Source: Candidatus Woesearchaeota archaeon (GTDB lineage: Archaea > Nanobdellota > Nanobdellia > Woesearchaeales > DATGWN01). From it: 56,862 nucleotides of DNA. Both the position numbers and the translations under genes were made by a program. The first letter of the stretch is position 1. Every line of letters begins with the position of its first letter. The stretch covers positions 1 to 56,862 of the forward strand of contig JBLKOU010000003.1 of assembly GCA_047603125.1 (NCBI GenBank), given 5' to 3'. The notes under the pieces are model-generated. The model did no database searches, was not told the DNA's origin, and saw nothing but the letters and a program-made list of their open reading frames with translations. Of the stretch, positions 19,836-29,584 are shown in pieces.

Positions 19836-19941
19836 GAATGTGTAAGAGAAGACATTGTTTAAAAAACTTGTTACATTGCGTGCCTACTCTAAAAATAAGA
19901 AATAACAACCTATTTAAGTAATTCTTTTTTGAGCACTTTTG

Positions 19942-20754
19942 ATGAGTATTCCAAAAATCGTTTTTTTCTACGGAAAAGAAGACCCGGCAGGAAAAAACCT
20001 GGCTAAACACCTGAAAGAGCAATGCCCTGACACATATCTAATACATGAACTAGACTCATCTCCAGTTCACGCCGAACATGTTGATCAAAACATTGATTGT
20101 GACATCTGTATTTTTTTAACAAAACATGATTCAGTTTCGGGCATTCCGTCGCTCTGCATCCACACACAGGGTAATTGGAGTTCCAATGATTTAGGAGGCA
20201 ATCCTTTTGAGATAGGCGTTTGCCCTGTAGTATTAAAGAACCTCATTTACCGGAACTTAGTTGCACAAAATAAAAAACATCAACTTGGTTTTGATGTTGT
20301 TCATGAAGCAACGCATCACGGTCCCAGTTTAGAAAAACCAACGATTTTTGTCGAAATTGGCTCGACAAAAAAAGAATGGGTTCGAGATGACGCCGCATCT
20401 TGTGTTATTCAGGCTCTTTTGTGCGCACTTGAGAAATATTCAGGAGAAAAAGAAACTGGTATTCCAGTCGTTTTTGGAATAGGGGGAAATCATACTTGTT
20501 CTCATTTTAATCGATTAAGTGCTGAAGGCAAAATTCTTCTCTCCCATGTAGTTCCCAATTATAAAATAGATGAGTTTACAAGTGAGATGATGCAGCAGGG
20601 ACTTACGCGCAGCACACTCAAAGCGCAAGCTATGATTGATTGGAAAGCACTAAAAAGCTCCCAACGCCAAAAGATTATTCACTGGCTGGAACAGATGGAG
20701 GAGTCTTATATTCGCCTTGATCATTTTAAAAAACAGCAAGATAACTTACAATAG
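19942..20754 (+). CDS. dtdA: D-aminoacyl-tRNA deacylase (archaeal DTD2)
   Basis: DPAG, TKH, HTQGNW, EATHHGP, FVEIGS, GIGGNH and IDWK motifs. Confidence 0.9.
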   Translation: MSIPKIVFFYGKEDPAGKNLAKHLKEQCPDTYLIHELDSSPVHAEHVDQNIDCDICIFLTKHDSVSGIPSLCIHTQGNWSSNDLGGNPFEIGVCPVVLKNLIYRNLVAQNKKHQLGFDVVHEATHHGPSLEKPTIFVEIGSTKKEWVRDDAASCVIQALLCALEKYSGEKETGIPVVFGIGGNHTCSHFNRLSAEGKILLSHVVPNYKIDEFTSEMMQQGLTRSTLKAQAMIDWKALKSSQRQKIIHWLEQMEESYIRLDHFKKQQDNLQ

Positions 20755-20794
20755 GCCTTTTAATAGATTTGACGTTTTAAACCTGCGACTCATT

Positions 20795-20997
20795 GACAGT
20801 GTTTGAATATCGTTATAAGCACTATTTCCTTGGTGAAATGTCAGAAATCGAGTGATTGTTGAACAATATCTTTGTTCAACATCGTTGGAAAAATCATTTT
20901 CCAACGTTTCATGCAACGAAGATTTCGCGAATAGACAGCCGTCGCAAAATCACCGAAATAGTGCGTTTTATGTATCAGACTAAGTTCAAACACTGTC
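20795..20997 (-). repeat. Structured intergenic element, subfamily C (core 20819-20964)
   Basis: Outer IR GACAGTGTTTGAA/TTCAAACACTGTC. On the minus strand: GCACTATTTC-GGTG...GCGAAATC...GATTTCTGAC-ATTT-CACC-AAG-GAAATAGTGC, with two inner hairpins. Confidence 0.8.
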
Positions 20998-21003
20998 GAC
21001 TCA

Positions 21004-21390
21004 TTACTCATTTATTGCTCTATAGACGAGTCTGGCACTTCTCGGTAAATCATTTATAAGATAGTTTATTGTAATTTCATCTTCTAATGCATCACAAGTC
21101 AATGTCGCCATTCTTCCTGGTTCGAAAACTTGTTGCTGTGCTTGACAGTACGAAAGTTCTGTAATCTGAATTGGATATGCGGCCAAATTTTGAATAACAA
21201 GTATAACTTGATTATTTTGTCGTGAAAATTCAACGCAGGTCATATCCGCTGAATCAAGATAACAACGATCGGGTAAAAAAGAATCAGGGCTGAGTACACC
21301 AAAGTACGCAAAGCCTAATGTAAAAAAAAGAAGACCAACTAAACTCACGCTCAATACTGCAACAATAACAATAATGAGCACTTTATCCAT
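21004..21390 (-). CDS. Pilin-like membrane protein lacking a class III cleavage site
   Basis: AYFGVLSPDSFLPDRC...MTC pilin-type motif after a long hydrophobic N-terminus. Confidence 0.65.
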   Translation of the reverse strand: MDKVLIIVIVAVLSVSLVGLLFFTLGFAYFGVLSPDSFLPDRCYLDSADMTCVEFSRQNNQVILVIQNLAAYPIQITELSYCQAQQQVFEPGRMATLTCDALEDEITINYLINDLPRSARLVYRAINE

Positions 21391-21392
21391 GA

Positions 21393-22016
21393 CTATTTAC
21401 TCCCCGTGAAAAAAATATCACTCAAGTCCACATCAGCTTCGGCAGGCTGTTCTTTTTTTTCTAGCTCCTGTTCTGCTTCTTGCGTCTCAACCTCATCAAG
21501 GGGTGTTCGTGTTTGTATGAAGTCAAGTTCATTTTTTACTTGAGCTTTTTCAACAGATTGCGTTTGTTGCGCAGGTTGTTCTATAAGCTCATCAACAATG
21601 AGCTCATCAGTCGTTGGGTTGTCTTTTTCTTCTTGAACATCTTGACGTAATAATTGCTTAATCTGTTCTTGTAAAGCAGTAATGTTTTGGTGATGTGTTT
21701 GATGCAATTTCGCATTTTCTTCTTTAAGCTCATGCACTTGTTCTTGCAAGGATTGAATATGTGTGGCATGCTCGTCTACTTTTTTATGCAAATGTGTCTG
21801 CGGTTGTGCGCGCTCAGGTCGTTTATTTAATGTTTCTAAGCCAGCATCTACATCCATAGATTCAGAAATGGAATCCACATATTTTTTTTGTTCAGACTCT
21901 CCAAACATCATACTTTCTGCCAATCTTCTAGCATCCATTTTAGTCAAAGCGAGTCCTCGCTTGAGAAGTTGATCCGTTAAATCATTAAGTTGTTGTTCTT
22001 GTTCGACTGCAATCAT
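21393..22016 (-). CDS. Hypothetical acidic coiled-coil protein
   Basis: N-terminal LLKRGLALTKMDARRLAE helix and C-terminal VDLSDIFFTG. Confidence 0.65.
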   Translation of the reverse strand: MIAVEQEQQLNDLTDQLLKRGLALTKMDARRLAESMMFGESEQKKYVDSISESMDVDAGLETLNKRPERAQPQTHLHKKVDEHATHIQSLQEQVHELKEENAKLHQTHHQNITALQEQIKQLLRQDVQEEKDNPTTDELIVDELIEQPAQQTQSVEKAQVKNELDFIQTRTPLDEVETQEAEQELEKKEQPAEADVDLSDIFFTGSK

Positions 22017-22325
22017 AGTTTCACCAATTTTGTAGTATACTAATTCGTATACTCATATATAAATGTATGTTTTTTGGACATCTTGAGAATTCTCCCACTA
22101 TGTATTTACTCATTGGTTTTAGACTGAACAGTGGTTTATTTTGATATAAGGATGTTGTACTACAACTAGTCGAGAGTTTTTGAAGTCTTGCAAATGCTTT
22201 TAAAGAATGTTTTTATCCCCTCCTATACCGTTACTATATACGTAAAGTAGAGACCTAAAAATAAGAACATTTATAAACAAAGGCTTATTTGTAACTACTT
22301 ACGAATACTATATTCAGGGGGTATT

Positions 22326-23822
22326 ATGATAATGAAAAAACAAATAGTATTGATTGCCTTACTGGTTCTAGGATTAAGTATGGGCGCATTTGCACAAAGC
22401 GAGTTTTCCGTTGGCACAGTTACTGTTGATGGACGAGGCTCGTCTGATACAAATGCGGTCGAACGAAGTAATCCACAACCATATGGCATTCGAGACCGAA
22501 TTGACGACCAACGCGAACTTAATTATGTTCGATTCTTAATTCCAGTAACAGCTGTTAATGGAACGATAGAAGTACAAAATGTTCAATTTCTTAATCAAGG
22601 AGACTTTGACTACTCAAATTTGGGAAGTGAATTTCCTGCAAATGAACATGTTTTCAGAGTAACACTGCCAAGCTCACCTATCGAGAATGGTTCAACTGCA
22701 AACATTCGAGTAGATGTGCTCGTACCTTCAAATCTTGATGCTGTTGACACATCACTTCGACGAATTGCACACGATGTAAATTTTCGTGTTACAACAAACG
22801 CGAGTGGAACTGCACAAAGAGAAGCATCCTCAGCATTTTATGTAACAAATAATTTACAACTTGATTCACGAGTTGATATTGTTTCACCAACACATAGCAT
22901 CCGATGTCGAACACGGGACGGTTCAATCCGATTAGACTGTGACCGAGATTTAGATGAAATGGTTCCTGGAGAAGATTTCAACTTACGAATGGAAGTGCTC
23001 AACAGATTCTCACGAACTAGTGATGTTGAGTTTGACGATGTTCTTATCGATATCTTAGACTCACGTGATGTAGAAGCACGAGACAATAGCTTTCGAGAAA
23101 CACTTCGAGCTGGTGAAGATATTCAATACGATATCTTGTTCCGTGTAGATTCAAGAATCAGAGACAGAGATCAAGAAACAATTACTATCACTGCTGAAGG
23201 TCTTGACATTAATGGTGCACGACATGGATTTGAATACGAATTTACTGTGCGATTTCGCGTACCTGACTATGATCTAGAAATTCGACAATTGCAATTAACA
23301 CCGACACAACTTTGTGCAGGAGACTTTGCAACAGTTCGATACGAATTAGAAAATAAGGGTTCTCGAAATCAAGACAATGTCCGTATTCAATTAGAAAATA
23401 CTGTTCTAGGCTTAGATGAATTAGAACAACGTATTCGAATAGACGATTACGACAGTCGTGATAATGACCATACAGGTTCATTTGATTTTGTTGTTCCAAG
23501 CGATGCAACTCCTCGGACATATCCGTTAGTTTTCACGGTGTTCCATAGAGACCGGGATAGCAATAACGCAGTTATGCGAGAAACACTGAATCTACAAGTT
23601 CAAGACTGTTCACCACAACCCGAACAACCAGTGGATGAAAACGGAAATGATACTATTGACGTGCAACCACCGGCAGAAGAACAACCAAGAACACAACCAA
23701 CTGTTGTTGCCACTCCAACACAAGCAAGTGACAATAATGTTGCCATTATTGGTTTGAGTGTACTACTTGTACTCTTGTTTGTCATTGTGGTGATTTTATT
23801 TGTGTATATCCTGCGCAAATAA
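22326..23822 (+). CDS. Secreted surface/S-layer-like protein with Ig/CARDB-like domains and a C-terminal TM anchor
   Basis: Signal peptide, YELENKGS and VPSDATPRTY motifs, P/T-rich linker, TM helix plus RK tail. Poly-T tract follows. Confidence 0.75.
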   Translation: MIMKKQIVLIALLVLGLSMGAFAQSEFSVGTVTVDGRGSSDTNAVERSNPQPYGIRDRIDDQRELNYVRFLIPVTAVNGTIEVQNVQFLNQGDFDYSNLGSEFPANEHVFRVTLPSSPIENGSTANIRVDVLVPSNLDAVDTSLRRIAHDVNFRVTTNASGTAQREASSAFYVTNNLQLDSRVDIVSPTHSIRCRTRDGSIRLDCDRDLDEMVPGEDFNLRMEVLNRFSRTSDVEFDDVLIDILDSRDVEARDNSFRETLRAGEDIQYDILFRVDSRIRDRDQETITITAEGLDINGARHGFEYEFTVRFRVPDYDLEIRQLQLTPTQLCAGDFATVRYELENKGSRNQDNVRIQLENTVLGLDELEQRIRIDDYDSRDNDHTGSFDFVVPSDATPRTYPLVFTVFHRDRDSNNAVMRETLNLQVQDCSPQPEQPVDENGNDTIDVQPPAEEQPRTQPTVVATPTQASDNNVAIIGLSVLLVLLFVIVVILFVYILRK

Positions 23823-23896
23823 CTTTTTTCTTTTTTATTTTTCTTATTTTCTAATAGTAATAAACCATTATAAAGGTGATTTGTTCTACTTTAGGT

Positions 23897-24700
23897 ATGG
23901 ATTTTAAAATAGAGAAAAAGGTGCAACCCTCTCAAAAAGATAAATATCACGAACAAGTTCTTACTACCGCTTACTCTTTTGCTAAAGAAGCATATGGCGA
24001 ATTTAAAGAATTTACAAAAGCAATTGTTCTTTTTGGAAGTGCTTCGCGAAAAACCAATGATGAACAAAGCGATATCGATATTTTAATTATTCTTGATGAT
24101 ACACAAATTGTCCTCTCAAAAGAAGTCATGGAAACGTATAAAATTATCTGTGCAAGACTCATACAAAAAATATCCCCACAAATTCACGTTACCACACTCA
24201 AATATTCCACCTTTTTTGACTATGCTCGACAAGGAGATCCCATTGCGATTAATATTTTACGAGATGGTGTTGCACTTGTCGATACAGGAGTGTTTGATCC
24301 ACTTCAAGTATTACTCTATACAGGAAAGATACGCCCAACAGAAGAGAGTATTTGGAACTACTATCATCGTGCAACACGCACACTACACAATTCTCGCTGG
24401 CATCTTCACCGTGCAATAGAAGACTTATATTGGGCCGTGACAGACGCAGCACATGCAGCACTTATGAAAGCGGGAGTCATGCCGCCAACGCCCGAACATA
24501 TTTCAACACTTGTTCACAAACACCTTGTTTCCAAAAAAATTCTCACAACAGAGCATGTAAAAACGATTGAACTGTTCTATACACTTCATAAAAAGATGGA
24601 ACATAAAGAACTAGGTCATGTGCATAGTTCACAATACGAAAAATATTACGGATATGCTACTCGTGTAGTGGAGCAAGTAGAGCGCTATCTTGAGCAATAA
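23897..24700 (+). CDS. Nucleotidyltransferase (MNT) - HEPN fusion protein
   Basis: LFGSASR...SDIDILII motif, then an HEPN-like DLYWAVTDAAHAAL...KKMEH. Confidence 0.8.
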   Translation: MDFKIEKKVQPSQKDKYHEQVLTTAYSFAKEAYGEFKEFTKAIVLFGSASRKTNDEQSDIDILIILDDTQIVLSKEVMETYKIICARLIQKISPQIHVTTLKYSTFFDYARQGDPIAINILRDGVALVDTGVFDPLQVLLYTGKIRPTEESIWNYYHRATRTLHNSRWHLHRAIEDLYWAVTDAAHAALMKAGVMPPTPEHISTLVHKHLVSKKILTTEHVKTIELFYTLHKKMEHKELGHVHSSQYEKYYGYATRVVEQVERYLEQ

Positions 24701-25472
24701 TATACATGAGCTCTCCTTGATACATTTTTTTCTTCCAAACGAAGGCTAATCTTGTAAGAACCTTCTCAAACCACGAAATCGTTGTTCGCTTCATTACTTG
24801 CCCCTTTACATTTTGTAAAGGAAATGAAGCAACGATAATTTTTGCTTGAATGGCTTGTAAAATATCATAGGAACAATACAAGCGCTGTGTTTCAAAAGTG
24901 TCAAAGCATTTGAGTGCCAAGCACAAATCAAAATTTCCTAAACTTGTTATTTTTTTATGCTCACGGACACAATCAAACGCAACTGCCGTATATGAATGTA
25001 ATCTATGAAACGCAAAATATTGCAACAACAAGTCACAATCTTTCAAACTTAATTCATTTGCGACATAACGAATAGAAGGATAGTATTGAGAAATTTTAAT
25101 GGGATTCATCCCCGCAGCCAGATCAAGAACGGAATCGGGTTTAAACGCGTCAAAAATATCCTGCAAAAAAGCATCATAATATCCTTGACGCTCCTTTGTT
25201 GAAAGATGACTCATCACTAAGGATTGTGCATCTTCTATAGAACGTTTTGTGATACGTGAAGGTATTTGAAACACTGAATAAATATCCCGTGTTTTAGCAC
25301 GGACATGTTTGATGATTTCTTTTATACTCTTTGGACTAAAATCACGCACTTTCGGATTTAATCGAACATATTCTGTTGCTAGTTGTTCAATAAGATGCTC
25401 ACTTAAATTCGTATACTCTTTTTTTTGTTGAACACCCTCAATTATTTGCAGGAGATGTGTGGGCGAAATCAT
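24657..25472 (-). CDS. FmrO/ArmA/Rmt-family 16S rRNA (m7G1405) methyltransferase homolog
   Basis: HLSTKER, SVLDLAAGMNP, DLCLALKCFDTFE and IVASFP match the family HxSTxER / LDxxxGxNP / LK / VSFP motifs. Confidence 0.8.
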   Translation of the reverse strand: MISPTHLLQIIEGVQQKKEYTNLSEHLIEQLATEYVRLNPKVRDFSPKSIKEIIKHVRAKTRDIYSVFQIPSRITKRSIEDAQSLVMSHLSTKERQGYYDAFLQDIFDAFKPDSVLDLAAGMNPIKISQYYPSIRYVANELSLKDCDLLLQYFAFHRLHSYTAVAFDCVREHKKITSLGNFDLCLALKCFDTFETQRLYCSYDILQAIQAKIIVASFPLQNVKGQVMKRTTISWFEKVLTRLAFVWKKKMYQGELMYIIAQDSALLAPLHE

Positions 25473-27550
25473 TCTAATCGAGTTCCAGACCACGGCTTCC
25501 AGTCATCGCTATCAGGAGCATATCCTTGGAAAATAAAATTTGGTTTATTACCCGCACCCATGGAGTAATTTTCAATTTGACTAAATTGGGAACTTGGATT
25601 GAGCCAAGCATTAGTCCCTTGCGCATACGTGGACGTTCCTGCCATTTTCCACGCTTCAAATATACCCGCATTATGTCCTGCTGCAAAACCACCCTCGGCC
25701 TGTATTTTCCCACTATAACCGTGTTTTTTTAAAATCTTCATCACTTCTTTTACCGGCGCATTTCCTTGTCCGGGAGCTAAATGCGCATCGTCATATCCGA
25801 AGTTATCTGCTAAGTGTACATTTCCTATAATATTATCTTTTGCTAAATCTTCAACCTGCTCAGTAAACCATTTATTATAACGCTTTGTCCACTCGTCTTC
25901 ATTTTCTCCGTCCTTTTTCTTAAAATGTTTCTTCCACATATTTAAGTGTCCCGTATCAAGTGTCGCTCCAATATGGTCTTGCGCTTCTTTTTCTGCCTGC
26001 GCTTTTGAGACTCCGTTTTTTTCCATAAGTTCTTGTGCAAATGCATCCCGAGCCTGCGTGACAAGTGTTTTGAGTTCTTGCGGGTGTGAACCATAATCTT
26101 GTCCCTGCATTGTAGGGTAAATATTTTCTAGGTTAATCTGAATAGGTTTTATATCATCATTGGGTCTTTTCTCCCTTGCAGACTTTGTTTTTTCTCTTGC
26201 ATACCGTGCTAATTCCACCACGGACTTTTTGTTTTTTTCTAGTCCATATTTTTCAACTGTTTCTGCATGATTAATACGTTGAATCAACTCAAAAGCTTGC
26301 TTTCTGCCACCCGAAGCAGTCTCCCGACCATAAAGAATTCTTCTTCTATTATCATCAAGTTGTTCTTGTAAAAATTCAATAGGATCTTTTGTTTCTGGTG
26401 GAATTAAGTCGTTAGCACCCCCTATCGTCTTTTTCTGTAACTCCCATTCCTCCTCACTTAGATTCTTCTTTAAATTTTTATAGAACTTTAGTGCCTTTAT
26501 AATCTTCTCTCTTTGTTTTAATCCTACAGTGTATGATGATTCCAACTCTCTAGCCTGACCTAGTGTTTGCTGCACTTGTCCATACGCTTGTTCCTTGAAA
26601 AATTCTTTTAACGTTTCTTCCATTATTTTTTCTTCTTCCACAATACCTTTTTTTTTTAATTTTTCTTTATGGTCATCGTAAAACTCACCAAATGTTTTTT
26701 TTTCAAATTGTATATTTCCGTTTTTTTCCTCAAATAATTGAATTTGTGCTTCTTTTTTTTCTTCTTCAGTGAGAAATTCAAACTTTTCCTCAGGTGACAT
26801 TTTTTCTTCCCATTTATCCCTATACTTCTCTTCTATTTTTTTTCTTGTTACAATATCTGTCACCATTACATCATCATACACAGGTTTACCCTCGTCATCA
26901 CGAAGAATTTCTTTTTCACCATCTTCATTCTTTTTATACACAGGAATACGAATTTCTTCATCCTCTTTCACACCTTTAATTAATTGCCCCGTTTTAGAAT
27001 CAACAAGAATATACTGCGCATCCTGATCCTCCTTATCGTGACCTTCAAACTGATATTCTTGACCTTCTCTATTGTAGCCACCCACACGTTTTGAACCAAT
27101 AGTTCGAGGAAACTCACCCGTATGCACAACAACCGAACCCCCACCAACTGCTTCTGCTGCAAAATCAACTGCCTTTTGCACTTCTTCAATATTTCGTCTT
27201 CGCTGCTCTTCAGTAAATCCATCTCGACCCAAACCAGATAACGTAACATTTGGAGAAGCATGAGTTTGCACATCTACCGTTCCTTTATTAACACGTATAA
27301 TCTCGCGAATAGCTTCACGTTGATTTTGATCAAACTGCTCAAAAGTAGGCGCTTGAGGGTTTCCTCTACCCGTTCCTGGCGCACATATCTCAATTGTCCC
27401 TGCACCCATTCGAATTGCAGATTGAATGGCACCTGTTGGAGAAGGATTGGACTGATCAACCCATTTTGTCGTACCAATTGTGCGAATGCCAAATATTGGT
27501 TCACTTGTACTCTCATCCTTATAATAATTATCCGACATTTTTTCTCTCAC
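25469..27550 (-). CDS. Xylose-isomerase/EndoIV-like metal TIM-barrel protein with a large charged insertion
   Basis: THAS, VVHTGE, LEN, LDTGH, VHLADNFGYDDAHLAPG and AEG ligands. About 300 aa of E/K-rich sequence sits between the barrel halves. Confidence 0.75.
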   Translation of the reverse strand: MREKMSDNYYKDESTSEPIFGIRTIGTTKWVDQSNPSPTGAIQSAIRMGAGTIEICAPGTGRGNPQAPTFEQFDQNQREAIREIIRVNKGTVDVQTHASPNVTLSGLGRDGFTEEQRRRNIEEVQKAVDFAAEAVGGGSVVVHTGEFPRTIGSKRVGGYNREGQEYQFEGHDKEDQDAQYILVDSKTGQLIKGVKEDEEIRIPVYKKNEDGEKEILRDDEGKPVYDDVMVTDIVTRKKIEEKYRDKWEEKMSPEEKFEFLTEEEKKEAQIQLFEEKNGNIQFEKKTFGEFYDDHKEKLKKKGIVEEEKIMEETLKEFFKEQAYGQVQQTLGQARELESSYTVGLKQREKIIKALKFYKNLKKNLSEEEWELQKKTIGGANDLIPPETKDPIEFLQEQLDDNRRRILYGRETASGGRKQAFELIQRINHAETVEKYGLEKNKKSVVELARYAREKTKSAREKRPNDDIKPIQINLENIYPTMQGQDYGSHPQELKTLVTQARDAFAQELMEKNGVSKAQAEKEAQDHIGATLDTGHLNMWKKHFKKKDGENEDEWTKRYNKWFTEQVEDLAKDNIIGNVHLADNFGYDDAHLAPGQGNAPVKEVMKILKKHGYSGKIQAEGGFAAGHNAGIFEAWKMAGTSTYAQGTNAWLNPSSQFSQIENYSMGAGNKPNFIFQGYAPDSDDWKPWSGTRLE

Positions 27551-29040
27551 CAGCTAAACATTCCATGTGCTTTTTTGTAATTTTTAAAACATTGGTATGC
27601 AACAAATTTGGCATCACCTTCAGCATCTTTTTTTGAAGGCACTTTTTCTTTTTTCTCACCAACATACCATTTGTAGACTTTTTTTACAGGAACAATAGGT
27701 TCAACTATTTCATACATTCCTTTAAAGGGTAGTACAAGTAAATCCGTCGCGCTTTCACTCGACTCTGGCTCCTTTTTTTCTTCTTTTTCTTCTGGCTTTT
27801 TTTTGGTTTCAAAATCAGTCTCACCAGCTTCTTTTAAGAAACGTTCAAACTCCTCACCTAAATGATCAAGCGCATCAGTAACACCCTGACTGAAATGCTT
27901 GAGTGTGTCCAATGTCTCTTTTTCTCTGTATTTTCTATAATTATCAATTTGTTCTTGCGTCCATCCGTATGCACGAATAGTACATTCTGTTCTTCCAACA
28001 TGTATAACACCGCGATGTTCTTTTGGATAGGTATGAACTGATGGTTTTGAGCGAAATTCAAATGTGAACAATAAAACTGAATATACATCTTTTTTGTATG
28101 ATTTTTCTTTATCAGAATTCATTTCTTTTGGAGGTCTTGCAGCAATTGTTTCAATTTCAATCATGGACGTTTCAAAAGACTGAATAAGAAGCGGGTCGTC
28201 CATGTGTTTTTCATGAAACCCTAAGCGTTCTAAATTTTTTAAATATGGTCGAAGCCATTGCATATACATGCGAATTGTTTGATAATGCTGGCGCAAGTAG
28301 CCAAGCTGAAATTTTTTCTTGTTTATGAGTTCTGCATAAGTATGTTTTTTCCACTGTAAAAATTGATGTAGTTTTTTTCGAAGTGCCATTAGTACCGTTT
28401 CGTTAAAATCACTATCTTTTATAATTTTTTCAATATCTTCTTCACTTTCAACTGGCGCTGCACCAAAAAACAAATCAGGTAATACTGTAAAACCAACCTT
28501 TTGTGCCATCCCTATGACAGAACCTGGATTTTGTGAGCCGCCTTCGACCATAGAAACCCAAATATCACGCAATGTCGCTTCGGCATGTTTTCGCGCACTC
28601 ACTTCTTTTTCTTTGTCATACGAATCAATATAATATCCTAATCGCTCTTCTACTTGGCGAAGCTCACGAACCAGTGCAAAAATGTCTTTGACCAATTTTC
28701 CAATAGTTGCCATATAATTAGAAACATTTCCTTGTTGTGCACCCAAACGCTGTTGCATATCACCAAAAACTTGTGATGCTGCACTTGCGGCATGCGTATC
28801 GATTATTTTTAGTAAAACAGGCATATCAAAATCATTATGTGCATGCCCCACAATCCAATAATACATATTTTCGACAGTATGACTCTCGGACTCAAAATCA
28901 ATACGATATCTTCGTGCTGGTTTAGGATATCCAGTATAAACTTTTACGTCTTTTCGAACTTCAATCTGTTCAAAATCTTTAAAACCTGCATCTTCTAAGC
29001 GCTGTTTTATATCGCTTTCATGTGTTAATGTTGCTCTCAT
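27547..29040 (-). CDS. Conserved hypothetical protein (497 aa)
   Basis: Long ORF coupled to the TIM-barrel gene (GTGA overlap). No family recognised. Confidence 0.75.
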   Translation of the reverse strand: MRATLTHESDIKQRLEDAGFKDFEQIEVRKDVKVYTGYPKPARRYRIDFESESHTVENMYYWIVGHAHNDFDMPVLLKIIDTHAASAASQVFGDMQQRLGAQQGNVSNYMATIGKLVKDIFALVRELRQVEERLGYYIDSYDKEKEVSARKHAEATLRDIWVSMVEGGSQNPGSVIGMAQKVGFTVLPDLFFGAAPVESEEDIEKIIKDSDFNETVLMALRKKLHQFLQWKKHTYAELINKKKFQLGYLRQHYQTIRMYMQWLRPYLKNLERLGFHEKHMDDPLLIQSFETSMIEIETIAARPPKEMNSDKEKSYKKDVYSVLLFTFEFRSKPSVHTYPKEHRGVIHVGRTECTIRAYGWTQEQIDNYRKYREKETLDTLKHFSQGVTDALDHLGEEFERFLKEAGETDFETKKKPEEKEEKKEPESSESATDLLVLPFKGMYEIVEPIVPVKKVYKWYVGEKKEKVPSKKDAEGDAKFVAYQCFKNYKKAHGMFSW

Positions 29041-29043
29041 GGT

Positions 29044-29307
29044 TTATTGTTTGTGTAGTATGACGATGTTTCCGATGCTACGAACAAGTGTTGCACCTGT
29101 TTTTTGGCAAATTTCTTGACAGAGACTCTGTTTATCAAATTCATCAAGGCAATTTTTGAGAAATTTTACTTTTATGAGCTTTCTCTTCTTTAAATGTTTA
29201 GACAATTCCTCAACTACTGCAGGAGTAATCGCTTGTTTTCCTATCTGTAAAATGGGTTTTAATGAATGGGACTGCTCGATATACTCCTTTTTTTGCAATG
29301 AATTCAT
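29044..29307 (-). CDS. yhbY: YhbY/CRM RNA-binding protein
   Basis: HSLKPILQIGKQ, KLIKVK and LVRSIGNIVIL motifs. Confidence 0.88.
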   Translation of the reverse strand: MNSLQKKEYIEQSHSLKPILQIGKQAITPAVVEELSKHLKKRKLIKVKFLKNCLDEFDKQSLCQEICQKTGATLVRSIGNIVILHKQ

Positions 29308-29380
29308 AGTGTTATTATGAAAAACGGTATTTATAAAGGTGATGTGTTTTTTAGGTATGTAGGGAAATTGAAAGAAATAA

Positions 29381-29515
29381 GCAATATTACCTTGATGCCT
29401 CATTACGACATGGCGCGATTGTTTGAAAGCTTCTTTCAAACTTGAGGATGAAAATCCGAAAATATGCAGCGCCTCGTCGGCAAGATACGCAACTCCAAAT
29501 CAGTCGTAATATTGC
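29381..29515 (-). repeat. Structured intergenic element, subfamily D
   Basis: GCAATATTAC/GTAATATTGC stem with AAG before the 3' arm (minus strand). Contains a 53-nt module matching 49089-49141 in reverse. Confidence 0.75.
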
Positions 29516-29584
29516 TAAAAAATAAAAATTCGATTTTTTACACAAACCCGTGTTTTTTGGGTTTGTGGGAAATTTGTTTTTTAA

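Noticed and set aside
22157-22172. NrdR-box-like sequence GTACTACAACTAGTCG
   Set aside because: Single imperfect match with no properly spaced partner, and not upstream of a nucleotide-metabolism gene.
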